Shown here: piece after piece, positions 1 through 9,838 of the stretch
How the letters are laid out: the number at the start of each line of letters is the position of its first letter
How positions within the stretch are numbered: position 1 is the first letter of the stretch
Source: Glycera tridactyla
Taxonomy: Eukaryota
Assembly (NCBI GenBank): GCA_965644265.1
Contig: OZ286464.1
Location: forward strand, 94,860,001 to 94,924,000
DNA: 64,000 nucleotides
Direction: 5' to 3'
Position numbers and translations under genes: made by a program
The notes under the pieces: generated by a model
Database searches by the model: none
Told to the model about the DNA's origin: nothing
The model's input: the letters and a program-made list of their open reading frames with translations, nothing else

Positions 1-1033
1 TAGCCATACAATGACCAGTTTACCCAATGCCGACGTTGGAGGAGAACCTACATAGGCTGGTGAATGCTAAATGCTTCACTCTCGCCGACGCTCTTGTTGG
101 TTTCAGTCAAGTTCCCATGGACTATGAGTCCAGTTTGCTGACAGCAATGCACACACCTCTAGGACGTGTCAGGTGGTTGAGGTTGCCATTTAGCATCAGC
201 TCAGCACTGGAGGGATTTCAACGGAGACAGCATTAAGTTCTTGATGGACTGCAGGGTGTGATCAACGTGGCTGACAACATACTGATATTTGGCAAAGGAG
301 ACACCTTCGAGCAGGCGACACTCGATCACGATGCAAACCTTCTTGCTTTACTGATGCGATGCCTGAACAAACATAAAACTGAATCCAAAGAAACTGAGAT
401 TCAAGTTGAGGTCGGTTTCACTCATGGGACACACAATCGCAGATCAGGGCTTGGCTCCTGATGACTCAGAATTGGAGGCCATCCGTAGTTAACCCAGCAT
501 CTGATCGGCATGTACAATTTCCTGTCGCAATATTTACCCAAGCTGAGTGATGTAAGCGCTCCACTCCGTGCGGTCAGCCATCCAAATGCAGAATATTGCT
601 GGTCCCCAACCCAGCAGCTGGCTTTCGACAAAATCAAAGAACTTCTCACATCAGCCCCAGTGCTCCAGTTCTACGATCCCGCCCTTATAGTGACACTGCA
701 GGTAGATGCATCAGAGAAGGGCCTCGGTGCTTCTCTCCTGCCGAAAGCACCATGTGGCTAGCCGACACTCTGTCAAGAGCCCCATTGCCGCGTTCACACC
801 AGTCAGACAGAGATTTTGCAATATTTGCTGCTGACATACAAAGCACAGAACACAGGCCTGCCAGGGTGCTGGATGAGATATTCACTCAGATCAAATCAGC
901 TACAGCCTGAGATCCGGTCTTATCTCACCTGGTCCCATACATTGTCCATGGATGGCCAGATGAGAAGTCACAAGTTCCACCCTAGGTGGCGCAGTCTTGG
1001 AACTACCGTTCTGAACTGATCATCGATGAGGGA
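1..1033 (+). mobile_element. Ty3/Gypsy pol fragment (RT, partial RNase H), degenerate; end of a unit that starts left of the window
   Basis: Peptides FTLADALVGFSQVPMD, RLPF.ISSA.E.FQR, VINVADNIL, FLSQYLPKLS..SAPLR, QVDASEKGLGA, WLADTLSRAP, with stops and frameshifts. Confidence 0.9.
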
Positions 1034-2232
1034 GCTGTCTGTCTTGCCATTTATGTTTTGTATATTTGACTTATCTTTATTTGAGGACCAGAACTTGCGT
1101 ATGGTTTTCCATAGTCCTTTCGGATTTCCTTCGTTTTCCATGAGCTTATTTTGTAAATAGGTACGCTGTAAATGCATCTTGAGTTTTTTAACTTCTTTTT
1201 GTAATTCAGACTTGCGTTGACAGTTTTCTTCACTAGGATCTAATCTCTTGATTTTACTAGCCTTCTCTCTCTCATCAATCAAGCAATGATACTCTCCTGT
1301 CATCCACCCAGGGCAGTTTTCTCCAACTCGTACTCGTTTCATCAGAATGTTTTCATCGAAAATAGGCTGTAAATTACTGTACAATATTTCCAAGGCTTCA
1401 TATACATTTTCTGTCGCAAAATAAGTATCCCAGTCGAGTGCTTCAATTTCATTGGACAATATTCGCATTTCTGTAATTTCTAAAATTCAGATAATGATGT
1501 TTACGTTCAATTTTTATTTTTTTACGAACAGTGAATATCAATGCATGATCTGATATGCCTAGATCTATTGTCCCACTTCTTGCATACAAGTCCGTGTTTG
1601 TTACCATAATATGGTCAATAAGAGTTTTTGACCTTTTGGTTATTCTCGTGGGAGACTTTATTGTTTGTACCAACCCGTTTGATTCAATAAAATCATTTAA
1701 ATTTGTTTTCAATCTATTGTTAGCAAGCATATCAATATTTGTATCGCCTAGGAAAATTGAATCGTGGGCTGATGAAAAACAAATATCATTGTACTTATTT
1801 TCAAGAAGATCAAGCGCGTTGGAGACACTGCCATCAGGTGGTCGGTATAAACCGCAAATATATGTTGGTTTCGTGTCCTTCAGGTTGAGGCGAAACCACA
1901 TGTATTCTATATCAGGAGTACATAGTGACCAGTTTGACAAATAATCAACGTTCCTGGTATTTTTTATGTAAGCCAATAAGCCTCCACCTCCTCTTTTGCC
2001 TTGACCCAAGTCTCGATCAAACCTGTACATTGTATAATCAGTGATATAATCCCTGGTCTGAAATACTACTATTTAAAAAGCTTTCACCAAGTTTTATCAT
2101 ATCAATATTGCTCCTAAATAAGAATACCCTCACCTCTTCTATTTTTCGAATCACACTACAGATATTCAAGTAAGCAATTTTGATGCCAGGAATACCTCTA
2201 AATTCTTGTGAAGATTCTAGGTTTAGTTCCAT
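1021..2232 (-). pseudogene. LINE ORF2: APE endonuclease plus linker, frameshifted, RT missing
   Basis: IAYLNICS, LGESFL, YRFDRD..GGG, GLYRPP, FLGDTNID, PTR...TLIDH, ISDH, then W.T, LWKTIR. Two frameshifts, near 2035 and 1455. Confidence 0.92.
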
Positions 2233-3199
2233 GAGTAGTTTTTGGTGATACTGCACCTTGTTAGTAACTTAGTAGTAGATTTATGAAGTACAACTGCCGA
2301 TGAGAGGTTTCCAAATGATAAAGAAAAATATTTTCAGATTAATCTACTCATAAGATGATGTGGAAGAAATCAGTCCACAGTTTTAATCTTTCTTTTTGTG
2401 TGGTATGATAAGAATATCCCATCTTTAAGGAGATAAATGTTTGTTGATGGAAAAATTTTGACAGTGATTCACTTACTGACACAAGAGCAGGAATATTTCT
2501 ATAGTTTTAGCAATTTGCATATTACATGCTGAATTCCACTCGAAATAACAAATTTTAAGAACACATAATGCAGAGATAAAATAAAGAAAAATACAATATA
2601 ATATATGGACGACAAAAAACAATGGGAGCAAGATCATAGCTTCTTTTCAATTTTCAAATTTCAAACATAAATAAATGAGATCATACACTGTTTCAGTTTT
2701 CCTAATCCTTGCAAATACTACAGCAAAATAATAGTCCAAAAAATTCAGAATTTTTACAATGATGGTAATTTGATGCCCAAGTCAACCCTCCATCTTAATT
2801 AAAGTTGAATTGAACAAATGTAATAAATAATTTTCAATTTCACTGAAATGTAAAATAAATGGGATTTTATAATTGATATTGCTCATGTCAGATCTGAAGC
2901 ATTTATCCCTGTAGCCAGATCATCTCTTAAAACAGAAACATAATAAATAAATAATGGCCATCTCAGGGCTTTCTTGTCATACAATTTTAAGTTAAAGCAA
3001 TCAAAGCCATACATAAGCAAAACAGAAACAAAACAATCCTATCAGTATCATAGCTGTTTAGGTCAAATGGTAAGCCATCTAGGAACAGCTCATTTTCATC
3101 TGTTGAAATGAGAGTTGAGACCAATCACAAGACATCTGTGGGTCAGTTTCACATTTATTTTCAGTTTTGATTTTAATTTTTACATTTAAGTTAAAGTAT

Positions 3200-3313
3200 C
3201 TGAGTCATCGAGGAGCCACACTCCCCATCTCCACCCAACACAGATGGACCCTAATTTGGTGGGAGTGGTCTGGTTGGGTGTTAATGTAGGAGTATCTCCC
3301 CGCGATGAGTCAG
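3200..3313 (-). other. 114-nt imperfect hairpin, copy A (candidate structured RNA element); repeated in every unit
   Basis: Nested inverted repeats ctgagtcatcg/cgatgagtcag, acactcc/ggagtat and cacccaac-acaga/tctg-gttgggtg around a conserved 24-nt loop. Confidence 0.6.
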
Positions 3314-3713
3314 GACTTAGGTAATCACCATATATAGGTATGCACTTCAAGTTCCACAAGTCAAAGTGTGAAATGGATGAAGTTCTATAATTACCATTGC
3401 TCCTGTCGGATCTGAGGCATTTATCTCTGTAGCCAAATCATCTCTTATACATAAACCTAATAATGATAATAATCATCCCATAGTTTTCATGTCAAGTTAA
3501 AGCTAAATCAATCAAAACCATACAAAAGCAAAATAGAAACAAAACAAATCCTATCAGTATCATAGTTGTTGAGGTGAGATGCCAAGCCATCAAGAACGAG
3601 CTTGTTTTCAAACTGTTGAAGTGAGAGTTGAGGTCAATTTCACAACAACCAAAAATGAAATTTGCAATTTAATTTTAATTTTCTTTTCTAAATTTAAGTT
3701 TAAGTTTAAGTGA

Positions 3714-3827
3714 CTGAGTCATCGAGGAGTCACACTCCCTACCCCCACACAATACAGATGGACCCTGAATTGGTGGAAGTGGTTTGCCTGAGTGTTAATG
3801 TGGGAGTATTTCACCACGATGAACTAG
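3714..3827 (-). other. 114-nt imperfect hairpin, copy B
   Basis: Same length and loop (tggaccctgaattggtggaagtgg) as copy A; inner stem pairs less well. Confidence 0.5.
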
Positions 3828-4002
3828 GACTTTGATAATCACCGTATATAAATATGCACTTCAAGTTCCACAAATCAAGATGATTGACTGTTGGTGAGAC
3901 TTTTCACCTGATATTCACTAGTGGCAATATGCGTTTTGAATTAAATAGTTTGATATCACATCAATATATTCCTTTCTATTTTTATAGCAACTAGCTAAAT
4001 GT

Positions 4003-4116
4003 CTGAATCACTGAAGGGCCACACTCCCCACCTTTACACAGTCCAGATGGACCCTGCTTTGGTGGGAGTGGTCTGATTGCGTATTGGTGTGGGAGTGTCT
4101 CCCCGCACTGAATCAG
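4003..4116 (-). other. 114-nt imperfect hairpin, copy C
   Basis: Same length and loop (tggaccctgctttggtgggagtgg); inner stem has a different sequence but still pairs (tacacagt/attgcgta). Confidence 0.6.
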
Positions 4117-4459
4117 GACACAGGTAGGCACCCCCCAAAAAAGTTGTCCTCCTCGTCAAGTTAGGAGTGTAGATTTACCCAAGTTTTCTCATATGATACC
4201 AGTTTCCCATGAAATGAAAATTGGAATGAGATCATTTTGTCACCTTACATACTTACATTTAAAATTTCACTCCACCTACGATACAGACATTCACTCACTG
4301 ATATATACTCGCTTCCATTCTTCTCACATTTCCTTTCTTGCACCACTGACCGTCATTTCTCATCACAGATTTCATCATTCTCCCTACTGTTGATCAGCAT
4401 TCCAAGTAGTCTTTCTGTAACCATGACCATAATAATGTTCAGACATTCATCAAGACAAT

Positions 4460-5416
4460 TCAATAGTTCAAGTTCAATAGTTTTGCAGTCAAGTATGGAC
4501 AAGTTGTCTCAGAGAGATATGGCCGGTGATTATCGTGTTTCATCCATTTCTTTGTAGACGAAATCCAGTTATCAATAATCGGTCCAATAAGATGCATGCA
4601 TAAGGCCCTCATGCCATAATTGTTCAAGTGGACTTTGTCATACCCCAACATTCCATTCAATATTTCGCCCAAACGAGTGGGTCTTGGTTTCTGTTCTGGA
4701 GGGATTCCCACCAGTCGAAAAGGCCTGACATACATTTGATGTGTGCTGATCACCCTAATCTTACTTTGAATGCCATATTCTGCATGATCTTTGGCTAAAG
4801 TTTCCATACAGAAATGGTCAACCCAAAGTGCGAGAGATCTGGCTTCATCAACCCAAGCTGGTCTCCAGAAAATAGGCACTACCATGATTTCCACTTCCGG
4901 GTACAGAAATTCAAGGTGCCTCATGAGATTCAATATTTGAAATGTGATTGATTTGAATCTTGTGAGCTTCTCTTTCATGATTTGGGCATTTCTTTTTTAG
5001 GGATTTCAGTTGTGTAAGTGATGGTTCTGATTTTTGTGTTGAAATTATCCACATCATTACTCTCAATAATTATTGTGACATAATTAGGGGTGAATCCAAT
5101 GAGTTTTAGACTGTTTACAGTGTCCCCATATCGATTTCTCTTCCGTTCATCATTGCCGAAACGCCCGTGCATATGATCTTGTAATTCAATCCAATTGGAT
5201 CCACTGAATCCACGATATTTCCAAGTATTTAAGAGTGTTTTCATTTTCCACCATATCGGGCAGATTTTTAATGTATCCAGATAGATGTTCGACATGGCTT
5301 GCGCCCAATACCAGAACCTCAGGTAGCTCGATTGAAGCAAGTTGATTCCTACGTCGTGACACTGGAAAACGCCCACTTTCCCTTTCTACTCGCCGTCTCG
5401 CAAGCTGAAGCGCCAT
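4460..5416 (-). pseudogene. SGNH/GDSL-family hydrolase (esterase) ORF, frameshifted
   Basis: Block I VLVLGASHV, block II RGFSG, block III IIIESND (GSND in units 2, 3, 5, 6), block V DKVH. Split over three track ORFs. Confidence 0.8.
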
Positions 5417-5520
5417 TGTTCTTTCGGTCTACAAATAACAACAAATATTTATGTTCAGTGCTAACATTCAGATATGGTTTCATGTGTAATTTCATAGATG
5501 TTTATTAGTGTCTAGCCGTC

Positions 5521-5642
5521 TGATTTGACATGTCAGACAGCTGATTACGATAGGGGGTTTCCTAGCAATAATAATTGATTTGACTTGTCAGACAGCTGAT
5601 TACGATAGGGAGTTTCCCAGCTATAATAATTGATGTGACATC
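5521..5642. promoter_or_regulatory. 55-bp tandem repeat (about 2.2 copies) upstream of the SGNH ORF, each full copy with an NF-kB-consensus site and an E-box
   Basis: tgatttgac(a/t)tgtcagacagctgattacgatagg... twice; GGGGGTTTCC at 5553-5562 and GGGAGTTTCC at 5608-5617. The repeat is certain; the regulatory role is inferred. Confidence 0.45.
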
Positions 5643-5938
5643 ATTCTCGTAACGGAGAGGGGATCCCGGTGGTTCCTCCCGGCACTCCAGCCTTTCATTC
5701 CGGATTTCTCTCATTATCAAGATCCAACCACTTAACCACATCCCCGTGTAATCATGTCAATAATCTTACTGGGTTTTCGTAGCCATCTGTTCTGTCCATT
5801 AATCTTCGCGCTTACCAAACATGCCATTTCTGATTCTTATGTTTGCTCAATCGGGAGCACGTTGAACGGGTTCGGAGATTTGATGCCTGGGGTCAAGGTC
5901 GGGTTTGTGGAGTGTTCGATTTTCTCCAGACGCATTGT

Positions 5939-8045
5939 TTACTCTATCATCCGGTCCTGTTCGAGATGAGTGACCACTTTCATCTTTAGATTTGATTTTT
6001 GTCTGGTGTCTTTCCATTCTTTTCCAGGAGCTAGGATTAGATTTAGACTATCAATTTGCTCAAAGAGAGTATCACTCGTTTCATCTAACTTTGATGGTGG
6101 CGAGATAGATTTAGAGGATTCATCAACATGAGAGTTTTGTTCCATCCCTTCCTCCCCATGACTTAAACTTGAATTACCCACTTTTGATTGGTCATTTAGT
6201 GGTTGTGGATTTCGTCTGTTCTCATTTGGATTTTTCCAATTTCTCCTATGTCTAAAGTCAGGATCTGTGATATTTTTCGTTTTACTGTTTAAGATTTCAG
6301 TCAACTTGTCCAAACTTGGTACCAATATTTTCTGCTCATGAGCACTTCTTGCTATGTAGACTTGACCTTGAGCCGTCCAGACATTGTGTAGATTGTTGTC
6401 GACCTTGGCCTTTCTCGCTTCCTGAAATATGTTGTTTTCAATTTCAGTCAGTTGCTCACGTATGAAGACGGGTGACTTCCGGAAAGCAGCCTTTCTTTGT
6501 AGGATATCCTTCCTCAGGTTGGGGTCAACAAATTGAACTCTGACCGATCTAACCTTCCCCTGTCTCAGTGCTCCAAACCGTATCGCCTGTATGATATGTC
6601 GCTCAATTATCTGTAAGTCGGTATATTCGTTCACTAGCTTTACAATTTGTTCATGGATGAATATATCTCTAACATATGGCAATTCATCAAAAATGAGTAC
6701 AAGCAATCTGTCATTTTTCTTCAGCTGTTCAACATCACATTCCAGTTTCCCCACTCTTGTTGCAACAATCCACGTTTTTTGTTTTGTTTTGACTTCCCGT
6801 TTTTTTCAAGACTTCAATTTCTTTCCTCAACTTTGTCACTTCATCTCTCAACTTGTCAATTTCACTCTTAGAGTTGATTCCCAGCTCCTTTAACTCTCGT
6901 CTCAGCATGTCGAGTTCTTGAGCTTGGTATCCCAAAATGTCTGACATTTTCCTAATGGCTTTGTCATTTGTTTCGATTTGGGCTCGATCATTATCAAGGG
7001 TTTGGACTGAGTCCTCGATAGTTGTAGATAGTTCGGCTCTCCATTCTCTCCGATTTTGATCAAATTTATCTTGAAAGTTGTCAATGATTCGTTTATCAAT
7101 ATACTGTTCACACGTTGATATTGTCTGCTCCTTGACGACCTCACTACATACCGATTTAATCTCGTTTTATTTTTGAGTGTTGACTGGATCTCCTGTTTCA
7201 AGTCTTTTTGAAACTTCTTTGTTTTCACAAACTCCTGTACCTCTTTCCTGATCTCTTTGTTTGTTTCTATATGAACTAGCTGCTTCATCTCTTCTCTAAG
7301 TTCTAGTATCAGTTCAGTTTTTATTTCTTTCACAACACTTGTTCTCATCTCGCTGTGAATGATCTCACTCAGATCTTCTCAGAGAGACCTACGTAGTGAT
7401 ACTACGTCAAACAGGGTCAGTTGAGTTGTTGCTGTCAGCTCTTCATCAGTACCACTGGCAACTGATACATGTTTTTGAATACTCGACCCACTGTGTGATA
7501 GCTTGCTATTCGTTAAAGCGTGACCGTTGACTTCGGCAGCAGTTGTCTGCTCACTGGGGCTGCTTTTCACTAATTCAGTTTGTGTTAATGTGTCATCGGG
7601 ACCGGGGTTCCCAAGACCGCCCGGAGTAGCATGTTTATCTTTCTCCCCGCTCATGATGTCCTCCTGCCCGCTACTATCGTCTCTCTCTTTACCTTCACAC
7701 AACGATGTGGCCCCGACAACGTTTCCTTCATGATCGCTAAAGGGATCTGGTGGTTCGGAATGTTCATCAGAAATTACTTCAACAGATTCTTCCATGCTGC
7801 TATTTGATAGGCTTTCATTATCAAGTGCTTGCATGGATTTTGACCTCTCAAAGTCAGGGTTTGATTCACCAGGTGATAAGACCGAACTCGATCTAGCAAT
7901 CGTCTGTCCACAATGAGGGGTTAACTGTTTAGGGTCGAATGGGGTCAACTGTGTACCTGTAATTTCGCCCAGCTTTCCGCCTTTCTACATGATTTTACTG
8001 TCCATCTTTGGAGTTTCTCGCAAAGTACTCCTTGATTCCCTGCAT
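5939..8045 (-). pseudogene. LINE ORF1 (low-complexity N-terminus, coiled coil, L1-type RRM/CTD), disrupted; about 700 aa when reconstructed
   Basis: E/K-rich heptad segment, then LLVLIFDELP..IRFG....GKVRSVRVQF..LRKDIL..VFIREQLT..FQEARKAK..VWTAQGQVYI. Confidence 0.8.
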
Positions 8046-8134
8046 CAGGCGCTCTTCATAACCACTGTTTACATGTGAAAATGTTCACTTTCTTCTCAAC
8101 TTGTGTGTGCTGCTGTTACTGCGTCTGCGCCATC

Positions 8135-9838
8135 GATCTTGGTGTCGATGATCACTGTGAAAGCAGGATAAAATTTCAGATTGATTTGGCAGCAACAGGC
8201 AACACAATCCAACTGGGGACACTCAGACAGGTGACCGACCCATACCACCCGTTTGGTGGCATGAAGCCAACAAACTCGAGTATTAAAAAGTACAAGGGTG
8301 ACATCACCCAGCCAGTGGGCACAATCGACCTGAAATGCAGCCGAAATGGGACAACAAACACCCTCCGTTTCCAGGTTGTCGGCGGGCCGGAATTCAAGGA
8401 CAAGCCACCATTGCTTAGTGGTTCAGACTGTGTGTTGGTTGGGATTTTGAGAGTTGATGCCGATGAAATTAGGTCAATCGATGTCAATCAGATTGATGGG
8501 CCTCTGACAGAGCATGCCATTAAACAGAACTTCAAAGATGTCTTTACTGGGCTGGGTTGCATTGGTGAACCCGTACATCTGCAACTCGATTCCAAAATCC
8601 AGCCAGTTCAAGCTGGTGTTCGACGATATCCCTTGAACAAAAGTGAACGTATTTTCTCAACGAGTCGGCGCGATGATTGATGAGGGCTATTTAGCACTGC
8701 TGACTGAACCAACCCCCTGGTGTTCTCCCATGACCGCTCTGGAAAGGCCAGACAAACCTAATCATCCCATACGAATCTGTATGGATCCAGGTAGGACATC
8801 GAATCTAGCCATACAATGACCAGTTTACCCAATGCCGACGTTGGAGGAGAACCTACATAGGCTGGTGAATGCTAAATGCTTCACTCTCGCCGACGCTCTT
8901 GTTGGTTTCAGTCAAGTTCCCATGGACTATGAGTCCAGTTTGCTGACAGCAATGCACACACCTCTAGGACGTGTCAGGTGGTTGAGGTTGCCATTTAGCA
9001 TCAGCTCAGCACTGGAGGAATTTCAACGGAGACAGCATTAGGTTCTTGATGGACTGCAGGGTGTGATCAACGTGGCTGACAACATACTAATATTTGGCAA
9101 AGGAGACACCTTCGAGCAGGCGACACTCGATCACGATGCAAACCTTCTTGCTTTACTGATGCGATGCCTGAACAAACATAAAACTGAATCCAAAGAAACT
9201 GAGATTCAAGTTGAGGTCGGTTTCACTCATGGGACACACAATCGCAGATCAGGGCTTGGCTCCTGATGACTCAGAATTGGAGGCCATCCGTAGTTAACCC
9301 AGCGTCTGATCGGCATGTGCAATTTCCTGTCGCAATATTTACCCAAGCTGAGTGATGTAAGCGCTCCACTCCGTGCGGTCAGCCATCCAAATGCAGAATA
9401 TTGCTGGTCCCCAACCCAGCAGCTGGCTTTCGACAAAATCAAAGAACTTCTCACATCAGCCCCAGTGCTCCAGTTCTACGATCCCGCCCTTATAGTGACA
9501 CTGCAGGTAGATGCATCAGAGAAGGGCCTCGGTGCTTCTCTCCTGCCGAAAGCACCATGTGGCTAGCCGACACTCTGTCAAGAGCCCCATTGCCGCGTTC
9601 ACACCAGTCAGACAGAGATTTTGCAATATTTGCTGCTGACATACAAAGCACAGAACACAGGCCTGCCAGGGTGCTGGATGAGATATTCACTCAGATCAAA
9701 TCAGCTACAGCCTGAGATCCGGTCTCATCTCACCTGGTCCCATACTTTGTCCATGGATGGCCAGATGAGAAGTCACAAGTTCCACCCTAGGTGGCGCAGT
9801 CTTGGAACTACCGTTCTGAACTGATCATCGATGAGGGA
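8135..9838 (+). mobile_element. Ty3/Gypsy pol fragment (protease-RT-partial RNase H), degenerate
   Basis: KFQIDLAATGN protease region, FKDVFTGLGCIG, PWCSP, RT and DASEKG motifs in PR-RT-RH order. Confidence 0.9.

Larger units (their letters stand above)
2878..3880. repeat. Two diverged direct copies of an ~518-bp module (2878-3395, 3396-3880), each containing one hairpin
   Basis: attgctcatgtcagatctgaagcatttatccctgtagcc versus attgctcctgtcggatctgaggcatttatctctgtagcc; similarity runs through ...cacttcaagttccacaa. Confidence 0.85.
1021..8134 (-). mobile_element. CR1/L2-group non-LTR retrotransposon, 5' part (ORF1, SGNH ORF, spacer, APE), truncated before RT; unit 1 (type A)
   Basis: 5' end GATGGCGC about 90 nt before the ORF1 ATG (8045), L1-like ORF1, and APE motifs at 1449-2232. 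That all parts form one element is inferred from co-orientation and order. Confidence 0.8.

Noticed and set aside
1555-1944. Recurring antisense ORFs (also 4193-4557, 5299-5508, 6591-6893, 7527-7733, 8176-8487 and their repeats)
   Set aside because: Shadows of retroelement ORFs or low-complexity DNA; they recur only because the unit is repeated, and many use non-ATG starts.
3200-3313. Hairpin A as a twister, hammerhead or HDV-like ribozyme (minus strand has UAACAC...GUGGAG, reminiscent of twister L1/P2)
   Set aside because: The motif is not kept in copy C, no twister L4/pseudoknot partners are evident, and there is no CUGANGA...GAAA or HDV core. The structure is reported but left unassigned.
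3200-5642. CRISPR-like repeat-spacer array
   Set aside because: Repeat lengths (114 and 55 bp), spacing, copy number and eukaryotic context do not fit; no cas genes.
8075-8680. 201-aa ORF with a Cys-rich N-terminus as a novel fusion gene
   Set aside because: The start is GTG and the first ~20 codons are the antisense of the LINE 5' UTR read into the Gypsy protease; an artefact of the insertion.
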